This document shows positions 35,898 through 45,853 of a DNA stretch of 64,000 bases, in pieces. The notes beneath the pieces were generated by a model. It was not told the origin of the DNA. It made no database searches and saw only the letters and a list, made by a program, of their open reading frames with translations. Position 1 is the stretch's first letter; every line of letters begins with the position of its first letter. The position numbers and the translations under genes are program-made. Source of the stretch: Verrucomicrobiota bacterium (GTDB lineage: Bacteria; Verrucomicrobiota; Verrucomicrobiia; Chthoniobacterales; JAFAMB01); the NCBI GenBank assembly GCA_019239825.1, contig JAFAZK010000341.1, forward strand, positions 31,570-95,569, given 5' to 3'.

Positions 35898-36257
35898 TTG
35901 CGAAACGGCGATGGGGCGATGGGCGCGAAAGCGCAGCCTGGAGGGGAGCCGCTTTAGAATGTGCCTAAGGATCCCGCGATTTAGTTCGAGCGCGACGAAG
36001 TCCGAAATCGGTGTTAAACAAGCGGCTCCCGCGAATTACCGCACGCGATGTTTTGTCCCAGCGTCGGGCTCGGAGATTATTCATCCGCTTAGCCGGCCGA
36101 CATACCCAACACGCGTTGAGACGTTCGCGGGAGCCGCCTGTTTAACGAGATCTGCGGTCAGGCAACGCTCCTGGAAGAAATATGGCGGGGTCTTTTTGTG
36201 CGATCCAAAGCGGCTCCCCTCCAGGCGCCGTTTCGCCCCTTCGCCGTTTCGCAAATC
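35896..36257. repeat. GGGAGCCGC nested-palindrome element, copy C (+ orientation, complete), flanked by GCGAAACGGCGATGGGG word arms
   Basis: Motif starts are 35944(+), 36022(-), 36129(+) and 36210(-). The 18-mer is at 36121. Outer word arms are 35896-35934 and 36226-36257. The element fills the whole convergent intergenic space. Confidence 0.92.
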
Positions 36258-37233
36258 ACTCCCGACTAGCAACCGCTCTACCGTCGCGGTCGAGACCCCA
36301 GATCAACATTCTCTGGGCATCGTCGAATAGGAAATGAAGCGTTCCTCCCAGTTGGACCAGGATCACATCGTGGCCACCGTAGCTCGCGCTGGAAACCAAA
36401 CAGCGGCCACTAGACTCCGTGAAACCGGTCTTCATACCGGTGAACATCGGAGAACGCGCAATCAGCCTGTTAGTGGCGTCAAAATAACGGTGGCGCCCTG
36501 AAGCGTAGGTAAAGCTAAATCCGGTTAACCGCATATACTGTCGTAAGACCGGCTCGTGATAAGCCGCGAAAGCAATCCTAGCCATATTTCGCGCTGTTGA
36601 ATATTGGCCGGGTACCGGTAATCCGTTCGGATTAACGAAATGGCTTTCGGTTGCGCCCAGCGAAAATGCCTTTGAGTTCATCCGTTCAGCGAATGCGGGA
36701 AGACTGCCGGCCTCGTTTCGAGCCAGACAGACCGCAGCATCATTACAACTATGCACCAGCAAAGCCGCCAGAAGTTGGCGTTTGGTATAAACATCGCCCG
36801 GCCGAAACCCGAGTTTCGTCGGTTCCACTTGGCAGTCCGAAGGAATTACCCGGTCCGCCGCATCAAGGTTTCCATCCTGAACCAGAATCAACGCGGTTAA
36901 TAATTTTTGCGTGCTTGCTACCGGCCGGCGAACATCCGGATTTTTCATGTACAGGACTGCGCCGGACTTAGCATCGATCATGATGGCTGAACTGGCTGCA
37001 GTTTGAGGCGCATCGGCTGGGTAAATCGACGCACCTGCAGCCCCGGCTGGATCCTCAGCCACCCCAGACGTTCGAAACAGCGGGAAAGTCGGTGATGCCG
37101 ACGGTTGCGGTGCAGGCAACGGCTGCACCGGAAGAGCCCGGCGTACAGTTCCGTCCGCGCCGGACATCGAAGCCGCAACAGCCAGCTCAACCAAGCAAAT
37201 GCAAATAAACCTCCAACTCAAGCCCATGGGCAT
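36256..37233 (-). CDS. D-alanyl-D-alanine carboxypeptidase (S11, PBP5/6-like)
   Basis: SxxK (ASTQK), SxN (HSCND) and KTG (MKTGFT) motifs; signal peptide. Confidence 0.85.
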   Translation of the reverse strand: MPMGLSWRFICICLVELAVAASMSGADGTVRRALPVQPLPAPQPSASPTFPLFRTSGVAEDPAGAAGASIYPADAPQTAASSAIMIDAKSGAVLYMKNPDVRRPVASTQKLLTALILVQDGNLDAADRVIPSDCQVEPTKLGFRPGDVYTKRQLLAALLVHSCNDAAVCLARNEAGSLPAFAERMNSKAFSLGATESHFVNPNGLPVPGQYSTARNMARIAFAAYHEPVLRQYMRLTGFSFTYASGRHRYFDATNRLIARSPMFTGMKTGFTESSGRCLVSSASYGGHDVILVQLGGTLHFLFDDAQRMLIWGLDRDGRAVASRE

Positions 37234-37328
37234 GAGATGGTTTATTACAAAAATTACTTTTGCGCAATTGAGAGAACTGAAAGGAAAAATGTTCTCAAGC
37301 CGGCGTTTTCCAGGTAAACTCGGGCCGG

Positions 37329-37937
37329 ATGATACGAAGAGTTGTCTGGTTAGCTATTATCGCCACTAGCTCACTTCTCTTCTTTGGCTGCAGCGCAGAG
37401 CGTGAGCTCCCACAATACGAGGCTCCTTTGTCACGGAGCGAGTACATGAAAGTCCGGACGACGGCGTACAACGATCATGAGAGTGATCACATAAAGTATG
37501 CGAACGCCAACGCATCTGGAACGACATTGCAATCGGGCCAGGTCCGAAGCGCGGCGGCTGATTGGTCTCGCTGGCCGATGGGAACCCAGTTCGTGATCGA
37601 GGCAACGGGCCAATTGTACGTCGTTGATGATTACGGCTGGGATCTGGCCGGTAGAAACACGATCGATCTTTACTGCCCGAGTCGAGCAGAGATGAACGAC
37701 TGGGGTGTACGCCGGGTCACGATTCACGTTCTGCATTGGGGCGATCCGTGGGCGAGTTATCGGATCCTAAGACCGAGGACTGCTTATGCCCACGTCCGAA
37801 GAATGGTAGACGAAATCCACCGATTCTATCGAGAACACGAAATCCAAGAAACGGCTCCAGTAAAAGTGGAACCCATTCCTGTAAAGGCCGAGCCGGCCGT
37901 TCCATTAAAGCCATTTTTGCAGGCGAACAACATGTGA
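37329..37937 (+). CDS. 3D-domain lipoprotein (MltA/YuiC-like)
   Basis: Lipobox LLFFGCS. VRTTAYNDHESD..VVDDYGWDLAGRNTIDLY 3D-domain pattern. Confidence 0.75.
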   Translation: MIRRVVWLAIIATSSLLFFGCSAERELPQYEAPLSRSEYMKVRTTAYNDHESDHIKYANANASGTTLQSGQVRSAAADWSRWPMGTQFVIEATGQLYVVDDYGWDLAGRNTIDLYCPSRAEMNDWGVRRVTIHVLHWGDPWASYRILRPRTAYAHVRRMVDEIHRFYREHEIQETAPVKVEPIPVKAEPAVPLKPFLQANNM

Positions 37938-37970
37938 GGTTCCGACGACTGGCCGGGAACATTCGCGCCC

Positions 37971-40256
37971 CTAGAACCACAGGAAATGGCGTTTCTGTTG
38001 GGGCGATCCGCCCGGGGCAGCAGGCTGTCTCTTGAAGATATCGAAGATGCTGTGACTCTGTGGCTTCTGCTGTTGTCGCTGAGCGGCTGCCCTCTGAGCG
38101 ACTGCGCGCTCACTATCTGGTTCCGGTCGGATATCTGGTTCTGCTTTTGCTCGAGACGATCTCCTGACTTGATCGTCACTATTATCGTCAGGCTGATGCG
38201 TATTCGCCTCGTTAGCGTCCGAAGCCGCTTGCAGTTCCTCGTCCTTTGCCGGATTGACGGAGTCGAACATTTTGAAATTGCCAACCGCTGGCGACAGCGA
38301 TTTCAGGCCAGGATTATACCCGTGGTCGAGAGCGAAGATTTTCTCCAAGATGGCCGAAGCCATGGGAGCAGCAACGCCGCCCCCGGATTTCCCGCCTTCA
38401 ATCATCACGGCCAGCGCGTATTTCGGATGGTCGTAAGGAGCAAAAGCCAGGAACCACACGTGGTCATCCTTAACACCAGAGCGCCAAAATTGAGCCGTCC
38501 CGGTTTTTCCCGCTACCTGAATGCCGGCAACTGCCCCTGCTTTTCCGGTACCGTCGTCTGCATTAACCACCTCATACATCCCTCTGCGAACCATTTCGAT
38601 CTGGTCTTTCGACAAGTTCAAGTCGCGGATCAACTCGCTGCGGATCCTGGGAGGTCGCGGAGTGATTTTACCATCGGGCCCTTTGATTTGATAAATCAGT
38701 GTCGGCTGGTAGCAGGTCCCTCCATTGGCAACGGTTGCCGCGACCGCCGCCATCTGTAGCGGGCTGGCCAGCACATAGCCTTGGCCAATCGAGGTGTTAG
38801 CGGTCTGGCCCTGGCTCCATTTTTCGGTCTTCGTGGTCTGCAACCAATCCGGCGAAGGCAACAAACCTGGGTCTTCATCGGTAAGCTCGACCCCGGTAGT
38901 CTCACCGAGACCTAAGGCACGGCCAACGCGGTCAATCGCATCGATGCCGGCGGCATTGCCGTACTGATAGAAATAAGCGTCGCAAGAATGTTTGATGGCT
39001 TCGACCAAGCTTTGTTCACCGTGAACCCCCCAACAATGCATGTAGGTGTTCCCATAAGAAACACCGCCGCTGCAATGGAATTTAGCTTTGGCCAAGCCCT
39101 TGGTTAGGCCGGCCAGAGAGGTTATGACTTTGTAGGTCGAGCCGGGCGCGTAAGTACTAGTTGCTCGATTCAGGAGTGGATCTGCTTCTCCATTCTTTAT
39201 CGTCGCCCAATCCCGCGCCGAGATTGAAGGCACGAATTTATTCGGATCAAAGGAAGGGACAGACGCCATCGCCAGAATCTGCCCATTGTTCGGATCAATC
39301 ACGACACAAGCCGCCCGGCCCACCAACCGCAACGTCGTCTCGACGATGTATTGAATCCGGGCATCGATAGTCAGGTAGACATCGGAGCCCGGCGTTGGCT
39401 CGACCCGGCTTTTTTCGTGCCCGATCTGGTTCTTTGCGCTTTTCTCCAGAATGCGTTTACCGGGCTTACCGCGGAGAACCTCGTCCATTGCGTATTCGAG
39501 ATTATTCCTGCCTTGTTCGTCGGGTTGATAGTAGTTGAAATCCCGGAGGTCCGGAAGCTGGCTGATATCTTTCGGAGCTCCAACGTATCCGAGGATCTGT
39601 CCGGCGAGCGCGCCATACGGGTAAAGACGCACGGGCGTTGAGTGTACTTGCAACCCGGGGAACTCTACGTCTCGTTCGGCGAACTCACTAAAAGTCAAAA
39701 AATCGAGATCCTGCCGGTAAACGAACGGTACCAACTGCTGATTCCGGAACTGCGTCTCAAGTCGTTCGGTGTTGTAAGGTTCCGCCAACCCAAACTTCTT
39801 GAGCTGGGGGATCACCGTTTGGTTCACGATTTGAACGATGTCCGGCTCACGCCGGTTGTGAAGCATTCCGCTCGAGTCCTTTTGGAGGTATTCCTTTTTG
39901 GGCACCTCGCCGTACTTCTCTCGATAGCCGTTCACTAAATCAGGAAAATAGAAATCGACATCGTAGGTGACTCGATTCGTTACCAAAGAGAGGCCGTTCC
40001 GATCCAGGATCTCCCCTCGAACCGCCGGTAACCGGACAGTGACTTGGGAGGCGCCCTTAATTTTGCTTCGATAGTAATCCGCCAGCCTCACCTGCACCCA
40101 CCAAAGCCTGACGCATACGGCTAGCATACAGATTAAAATGACCCCTCCCAGCACCCAGATCTCGACACCAATTTCGGGCCGCGGTATTCTTCTGCCTTCC
40201 ATTTTCTTACGACAGTTCTGACCGTTGAACATAGCCGGGAAAACCGTTTCTTGCAT
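37971..40256 (-). CDS. mrdA: Penicillin-binding protein 2 (elongasome transpeptidase) with about 110-aa low-complexity C-terminal tail
   Basis: N-terminal TM, then GSTYKV (SxxK), HSCDAYF (SxD/N) and KTGTAQ (KTG). Confidence 0.88.
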   Translation of the reverse strand: MQETVFPAMFNGQNCRKKMEGRRIPRPEIGVEIWVLGGVILICMLAVCVRLWWVQVRLADYYRSKIKGASQVTVRLPAVRGEILDRNGLSLVTNRVTYDVDFYFPDLVNGYREKYGEVPKKEYLQKDSSGMLHNRREPDIVQIVNQTVIPQLKKFGLAEPYNTERLETQFRNQQLVPFVYRQDLDFLTFSEFAERDVEFPGLQVHSTPVRLYPYGALAGQILGYVGAPKDISQLPDLRDFNYYQPDEQGRNNLEYAMDEVLRGKPGKRILEKSAKNQIGHEKSRVEPTPGSDVYLTIDARIQYIVETTLRLVGRAACVVIDPNNGQILAMASVPSFDPNKFVPSISARDWATIKNGEADPLLNRATSTYAPGSTYKVITSLAGLTKGLAKAKFHCSGGVSYGNTYMHCWGVHGEQSLVEAIKHSCDAYFYQYGNAAGIDAIDRVGRALGLGETTGVELTDEDPGLLPSPDWLQTTKTEKWSQGQTANTSIGQGYVLASPLQMAAVAATVANGGTCYQPTLIYQIKGPDGKITPRPPRIRSELIRDLNLSKDQIEMVRRGMYEVVNADDGTGKAGAVAGIQVAGKTGTAQFWRSGVKDDHVWFLAFAPYDHPKYALAVMIEGGKSGGGVAAPMASAILEKIFALDHGYNPGLKSLSPAVGNFKMFDSVNPAKDEELQAASDANEANTHQPDDNSDDQVRRSSRAKAEPDIRPEPDSERAVAQRAAAQRQQQKPQSHSIFDIFKRQPAAPGGSPQQKRHFLWF

Positions 40257-40285
40257 CCACAGCTTGTATCGTGGAGAGATGAGCC

Positions 40286-41506
40286 TTGATTAACGCCGCC
40301 AACGCCGGCTCGTCCGAAGAAGCTCGTGGAGTTTCAGACGACAGAGCGAAGTCAGAGAAAATCCCGACGGCTCATCGTCTGGCTCGCTTCACTGAATCCG
40401 TCATCAGAGAGATGACCCGGGTCGCAAACCGGTACGGCGCGATCAATCTGTCTCAAGGTTTCCCAGACTTCGACCCACCTCAGGAACTGGTGGAAGCCGC
40501 CGCGAAAGCATTACACGGCGAGTATCACCAATACGCAATCACCTGGGGCCAACCGGAGTTCCGCGAAGCGCTTGCTGCTAAACAATCGCGGTTTATGGGT
40601 CTGCCCCTGGACCCCGACGAACATTTCGTGGTGACCTGTGGCGGAACCGAAGCGATGCTCGTTGCCTTGATGACCGCTTGTAATCCAGGCGATTCGGTCA
40701 TCATTTTCTCCCCGTTCTATGAGAACTATGGAGCGGACACGATTCTAGCGGGCGCTCACCCGATCTACGTTCCGCTGCGGCCACCGCAATTCGATTTTGA
40801 CCCACATGAGTTACGCCGAGCGTTCGCGCAAAAGCCCAAAGCCATCGTCATCTGTAACCCTTCCAACCCAACCGGCAAGGTTTTCACTAAGGAAGAACTT
40901 ATCTTTATCGGAGAGCTGGCTGCGGAAGCTGGGACCTTCATTATCACAGATGAAGTGTACGAGCACATCGTCTATCCGCCGCATCGGCACACTTACGCCG
41001 CAGCCTTGCCTGGATTTTTTGACCGAACTCTAACTGTTGGTTCGTTGTCGAAGACGTATGCGATCACGGGATGGCGTTTAGGGTTCCTGCTGGCGGCTCC
41101 GGAGGCGATCTCGGCAGCCCGAAAAGTACACGACTTTCTCACCGTAGGAGCTGCTCACCCGCTGCAAAAGGCTGCAGTGACCGCTCTCCGTTTTCCGCAG
41201 CCGTACTATGACCAGCTGGCGCGCGATTATGCGGCGAGAAGAGAATTATTCACCGGGTACTTGCGAAAAGCCGACTTAACCTTCGTTGAACCGCAAGGTG
41301 CCTACTATGTGCTCGTGGATATTTCCGAGTTTGGCCATTCCGATGATACCGCCTTTTGTCATTGGCTGGCCAAAGAGATCGGGGTCGCAGCGGTGCCGGG
41401 CTCTAGTTTTTTTGCTGAACCGGTGAACCATTTGATCCGGTTCCACTTCGCTAAGCGCGACGATACATTGCACGAAGCCGGGCAGCGGTTATTGCGCCTC
41501 CGTTGA
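40286..41506 (+). CDS. Class I/II pyridoxal-phosphate aminotransferase
   Basis: TTG start 8 nt after GGAGAG. ..NPSNPTGKVF.., SLSKTYAITGWRLG (PLP lysine). Confidence 0.85.
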   Translation: MINAANAGSSEEARGVSDDRAKSEKIPTAHRLARFTESVIREMTRVANRYGAINLSQGFPDFDPPQELVEAAAKALHGEYHQYAITWGQPEFREALAAKQSRFMGLPLDPDEHFVVTCGGTEAMLVALMTACNPGDSVIIFSPFYENYGADTILAGAHPIYVPLRPPQFDFDPHELRRAFAQKPKAIVICNPSNPTGKVFTKEELIFIGELAAEAGTFIITDEVYEHIVYPPHRHTYAAALPGFFDRTLTVGSLSKTYAITGWRLGFLLAAPEAISAARKVHDFLTVGAAHPLQKAAVTALRFPQPYYDQLARDYAARRELFTGYLRKADLTFVEPQGAYYVLVDISEFGHSDDTAFCHWLAKEIGVAAVPGSSFFAEPVNHLIRFHFAKRDDTLHEAGQRLLRLR

Positions 41507-41533
41507 TCGCGTTTGGCGTTTGGGACGTTCGAG

Positions 41534-41820
41534 GCTGGAGGGGAGCCGTTTGGATCGTGCTCCCGGGAGACCCTCTATATTTGTCAAGGCGCGCCTGGGA
41601 CCGGAAACCTTGTTAAACAGGCGGCTCCCGCAAACGTTTCAACGCGTGCTAGGTCTATGGGATGGTTCACCGGAGGATAACAATCTCCGAGGCGAACGAT
41701 GGGCGGAACATTGCGTGCGGTAATTCGCGGGAGCCGCCTGTTTAACACTCTGTTTGGCCTTCCTCGCGCTCGAACAAATATCACGAGACCTTTAGGCACG
41801 ACCTAAAGCGGCTCCCCGCT
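41534..41820. repeat. GGGAGCCGC nested-palindrome element, copy D (reverse orientation)
   Basis: Motif starts are 41541(+), 41621(-), 41729(+) and 41808(-). The core 41632-41726 is the reverse complement of the cores of copies B and C. The 18-mer lies on the reverse strand at 41620-41637 with one mismatch. Confidence 0.92.
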
Positions 41821-41846
41821 ATGGCGCTTCGCGCATCCCTTTCCCC

Positions 41847-43109
41847 CTACGCCTTCACGTGTCCCTGACCGATCACCTGATATTTGTAAATCGTCAGCTC
41901 TTCGAGCGCCATCGGGCCGCGGGCGTGTAGACGATCCGTACTGATGCCTATCTCGGCTCCGAACCCAAATTCTCCCCCGTCGTTGAACCGAGTCGAAGCG
42001 TTCCAAAACACAGCCGCGGAATCGACCTTGTTCAAGAACTCGGTGGCCGCCTGTTCATCGTTCGTTACGATGGTGTCGCTATGGTGTGAACCGTAGGTTT
42101 CTACGTGCGCGATGGCATCGGCCAAGCTTGGCACTACACGCACAGAAAGAACGAGATCAAGGTGCTCGGTTCGCCAATCTTGATCGGTAGCAGGGCGAAC
42201 ACTGGAGCCGAGGATGGCTTGGGTTTCAGGATCTCCTCGCAGCTCAACGCCGCGATGTCGTAGCTCTGGGCCGCATCGCTCCAAGAATTCTTTAGCTATT
42301 GCAGCGTGCACCAAAAGCGTCTCGGCAGCGTTGCAAACACTAGGGCGTTGGCATTTCGCGTTAATGACGATTGACTGGGCCATCTCAAAATCCGCGGCTT
42401 TGTCCACATACACATGGCAAATCCCATCAAAGTGTTTGATTACCGGCATCCGAGCGGAAGCAGTCACCGCTTCAATCAGCTGCTTGCCGCCTCGAGGAAT
42501 AATAAGGTCGATAAGTTCAGCCATTTCGGCCATGGCTCGCACCGCCGATCGATCGGTCGAAGAAACAACCTGAACCGCGTCTTCGGGAATGCCAGCATGA
42601 CGGCACCCGGCGCGGAGAGCCGCACCCAACGCGATATTGGAGGCTAACGCTTCGGAGCCACCCCTCAAGATGACGGCGTTACCCGTCTTCAAGCACAGAG
42701 ACGCCGCATCACTCGTGACGTTCGGCCGCGACTCGAAAATGATGCCGATAACCCCAATCGGAACTCGGACTTTTTTGAAACGAAGTCCGTCGGGCCTGGA
42801 CCATTCCTTAATCACCTCTCCTACGGGATCCGGGAGCTGAGCCACCTCGCGCAGGCTCCGGCAAATGGCCGCCAATCGGACATGATCCAGTTTTAGCCGA
42901 TCTAAGAGAGCCGAAGAGAGTCCGTTGGTAGCACCTTGCTTTAAATCCGATTCATTCGCCGACAGAATTTCAGCTTCGGTCTTTTCTATCTGTTCAGCTG
43001 CGGCGACCAACGCCCCACTTTTCTCCTGGTCGGATCGAGTCGCTAGGTCTCTGGCTGCCCTGCGAGCGCGAGCGCCAGCCGCCAAGAGTTGTTCACGGAC
43101 ATCGCTCAT
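41847..43109 (-). CDS. proA: Glutamate-5-semialdehyde dehydrogenase
   Basis: 420 aa, ..VIGIIFESRPNVT.. and ..NAKCQRPSVCNAAETLLVH.. motifs. Confidence 0.95.
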   Translation of the reverse strand: MSDVREQLLAAGARARRAARDLATRSDQEKSGALVAAAEQIEKTEAEILSANESDLKQGATNGLSSALLDRLKLDHVRLAAICRSLREVAQLPDPVGEVIKEWSRPDGLRFKKVRVPIGVIGIIFESRPNVTSDAASLCLKTGNAVILRGGSEALASNIALGAALRAGCRHAGIPEDAVQVVSSTDRSAVRAMAEMAELIDLIIPRGGKQLIEAVTASARMPVIKHFDGICHVYVDKAADFEMAQSIVINAKCQRPSVCNAAETLLVHAAIAKEFLERCGPELRHRGVELRGDPETQAILGSSVRPATDQDWRTEHLDLVLSVRVVPSLADAIAHVETYGSHHSDTIVTNDEQAATEFLNKVDSAAVFWNASTRFNDGGEFGFGAEIGISTDRLHARGPMALEELTIYKYQVIGQGHVKA

Positions 43110-43867
43110 ACCGGAAAACGGGTGCCGACAGATTCTCCTTTGACTGCTCGCAGTAACACGCCCGGTCGGAGCCCGCTACCGATCACCGCTGGTATACCGG
43201 TCTGTCGCGCAAAGTTTGCGGCTTCGAGTTTGCTGATCATGCCGCCTCGCGAATAGACGCCCCCTTCCCTGGTCGCCAAGGTTTTAACGGACTCGATGTC
43301 GTTTACTTCGGTGATCCTGGTTCCGTCGTTTGCCAATAGTCCATCCACGCTAGTCAATATCACTAACAGCGTGGCCCGGCACAACATGGCGACTTCCGCA
43401 GAGAGCATATCGTTATCTCCGAAATTCAGCTCTTCCACGGCGACAGAATCATTTTCGTTAATGACTGGGATGACCCCACCGAATTGGAAGAGACGCTCGA
43501 GGGTGTTGCGGGCGTTCTCGTAGCGCATACGACTATCCAAGTCCTGGTGCGTCAGCAGCAGTTGTGCTACCCGCAGACCGTGCCGGCTGAAAAGCGTCTC
43601 GTAAAGGCGCATCAAACGCGATTGGCCGACCGCCGCACAAGCCTGGATTGATGGTAGATCGGTTGGCCGCTCGTGAATACCAAACTGCATCATTCCCGCA
43701 GCCACAGCGCCGCTACTGACCACAACACATTGGTAGCCAGACGCCGTCAGTTCTGCGACTTCGGCTGTCAACCGTCGGATCTGCGACACGTGAAGTCCGT
43801 CCCGGGTCGGTTTTGATAAAATCCCGCTTCCGAACTTTACGACGATTCTCTGCCGTTTGTCTGCCAT
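43106..43867 (-). CDS. proB: Glutamate 5-kinase (short form without PUA domain)
   Basis: RIVVKFGSGILS.., amino-acid-kinase fold, 253 aa. 4-nt overlap with proA. Confidence 0.92.
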   Translation of the reverse strand: MADKRQRIVVKFGSGILSKPTRDGLHVSQIRRLTAEVAELTASGYQCVVVSSGAVAAGMMQFGIHERPTDLPSIQACAAVGQSRLMRLYETLFSRHGLRVAQLLLTHQDLDSRMRYENARNTLERLFQFGGVIPVINENDSVAVEELNFGDNDMLSAEVAMLCRATLLVILTSVDGLLANDGTRITEVNDIESVKTLATREGGVYSRGGMISKLEAANFARQTGIPAVIGSGLRPGVLLRAVKGESVGTRFPV

Positions 43868-44143
43868 CAGCCGGGAATATAAAGCCGAGAAGCCCCAGGA
43901 GTCCAGATGGGGAGTAGTTCAAGGAGTTCAGGGGGTTCACGGAGCTGATAACAAAACCGTCGGGCAGACGCTGAATTGAGGTGTGGGGCGGATTTCCCAG
44001 CAATCCACTGGCCTGGCCCAAACGAACTTCTTGCATTCACCGACACCGCAAAGCGACTCGATTGAACTCTCCGAAGCCCTATGCGCGGCTGGCCTTGAAC
44101 ACCTTGACTGCTTTGCCAGGCTCAAAACGCATGTTATCTGAGG

Positions 44144-45526
44144 ATGAAGATGCAAGCTGCCAACATCATCGATCTCATCCGAAAACAGGCTGAACTGCAG
44201 CCAGACCACGTCGCGTTCGCTTGCGTCGACTCCAATGAGAGGATCACCTACGGGGACTTGCTGCAGCGAGTCAATGCTGTAGCTGATTGGCTACAGGCCC
44301 GCGGATGCCGGCGCTTTGACCGATGCGGCTTGTATTGTCCCGAAGGACCGGAATGTCTGATCAATGCGCTGGGTATCTTGGCGGCCGGGTTAGCCGTGGC
44401 TCCAATCAGCATCACCGTTCCACCAAAAGAACTCGATCGGGCCATCGGTGCTGCTGGGCTCCATTGGCTGCTAGGTGGCGATAAGAAGCTCGTGCGATTC
44501 CCTTTCGCTGGATTCGTAGATAATCAAGAGGACCGCGAGTATCGCGCGACAAATCCAGCCTATATCAGGTTCACCTCTGGGAGTACCGGCCCGAGAAAAG
44601 GAGTTTTGCTGGGGCATAACACCATCCTAGACCGCCTGGCGACAGCCGACGCGATTCTTCGGATTAACCCAAACGATCGAGTCTGGTTTCGTCTGCCGAT
44701 GGCCGATCATTTCGTGGTCTCTATTCTGCTATATCTTTCGCGGGGCGCGACCGTGCTGACCACTAGGAGCGAGGAGCCGGAGGTTTTGTCAGAGCTCGTC
44801 TCTGAGTTCAGACCCACAGTCATTTATGGATCACCGGAGTCTTATTCAGTCTTGGTAGAAAAGCTTTCCGGCGATTTGGCCACGGTCCGGCTGGCTATCT
44901 GCACTACCACCTTGCTCTCGCCCAAAACGAGAAATGCGTTTCAGAGCCGTTTTGGCAGGCCACTCAACCCCGCCTTGGGCATTATAGAAGTTGGTTTGGT
45001 CACGATCAATCAAACCGAAGATAAACCGGACTCAATTGGGACCGCCATGCCGGGCTACCAGGTAACGCTGCTGGATGAAAACGGCGCCAAGGTATTGCCG
45101 GGCAAACCCGGCGAATTGCACGTTAACGGTCTTGGTCTCTTAGACGCTTATCTGGCTCCTTGGCGGCCGCGTGGCGAGATTCTGGGGACTGACGGTTACG
45201 CCACAGGCGACTTCGCAACGACGGATGAGCACGGTTATCTCCGCTTGGTCGGACGAAGTAAAAACCAGTTGGAGGTCAAGGGCCTTCATTTCTTTTGCGA
45301 AGAGCTCGAACAAATCATCAATAGCTATCCGGGAGTACAGGAGAGCGTCGTTTTCATCGACCCAAGCACTCGCGCTTTATCGGCTGCAATAGTTTCACAG
45401 ACCGACTCGTTCGAGGATTTAACCGATTTCTTGCGGAAGCGACTGGATCCACGGCAGGTACCGGTTTCGTTTCGAAGAGTCGCGGAATTGCCCCGAACGC
45501 CAAACGGCAAACTGCTTCGGCATTAG
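44144..45526 (+). CDS. AMP-dependent synthetase/ligase (class I adenylate-forming enzyme)
   Basis: AMP-binding motif YIRFTSGSTGPRKGVLLGH, YATGD, C-terminal PRTPNGKLLR. Confidence 0.85.
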   Translation: MKMQAANIIDLIRKQAELQPDHVAFACVDSNERITYGDLLQRVNAVADWLQARGCRRFDRCGLYCPEGPECLINALGILAAGLAVAPISITVPPKELDRAIGAAGLHWLLGGDKKLVRFPFAGFVDNQEDREYRATNPAYIRFTSGSTGPRKGVLLGHNTILDRLATADAILRINPNDRVWFRLPMADHFVVSILLYLSRGATVLTTRSEEPEVLSELVSEFRPTVIYGSPESYSVLVEKLSGDLATVRLAICTTTLLSPKTRNAFQSRFGRPLNPALGIIEVGLVTINQTEDKPDSIGTAMPGYQVTLLDENGAKVLPGKPGELHVNGLGLLDAYLAPWRPRGEILGTDGYATGDFATTDEHGYLRLVGRSKNQLEVKGLHFFCEELEQIINSYPGVQESVVFIDPSTRALSAAIVSQTDSFEDLTDFLRKRLDPRQVPVSFRRVAELPRTPNGKLLRH

Positions 45527-45727
45527 GCGGACTCGAGCCCATGGAGGGCGCGCTGCCTATCCGACGTAGCCTTTGGCCAAAGAACGCTCTCCACTTCAGG
45601 TGGCGAAGTCGGATCCTCCCGCGCCGCGAACAGGTCTGCATCGTCTAGATAAGCCAAGGCACTCAATCTGGTCTGTACTGGGCTCCACGAATCACTGATC
45701 GCGAGGACGCGATCCCGCCAGGGGACC

Positions 45728-45813
45728 GGCAATAGCAAATAGAAAATAGCAAATCGAGCCATGGTACCTAAGGGTATCTTGCGGAAGCTTTGCTATTCTA
45801 TCTGCTATTCGCC
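45728..45813. repeat. Word-array palindrome (AATAGCAAATAG words)
   Basis: 45728-45753 matches the reverse complement of 45788-45813 at about 22 of 26 positions. It overlaps the 5' extension of the track ORF, which supports the start at 45854. Confidence 0.85.
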
Positions 45814-45853
45814 ATTCTGGACGAGCTTCGGGCGAGTCCAGGATCCCCGAAAA

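Noticed and set aside
35809-36330. 173-aa ORF across repeat copy C, and similar ORFs at 11553-12045, 30897-31256, 41520-41799 and 59836-60217 sharing peptide strings such as LEGSRF and VETFAGAACL
   Set aside because: The shared peptides come from conserved palindromic DNA read in different frames and strands in different copies. The ORFs overlap flanking gene ends and each other. Conservation is at the nucleotide and structure level.
45523-45762. 79-aa minus-strand ORF between the AMP-ligase and cyclase genes
   Set aside because: Its 5' end lies inside the AATAGCAAATAG word palindrome. No RBS and no motif. The region is better explained as a boundary repeat. This was kept as uncertain, not called.
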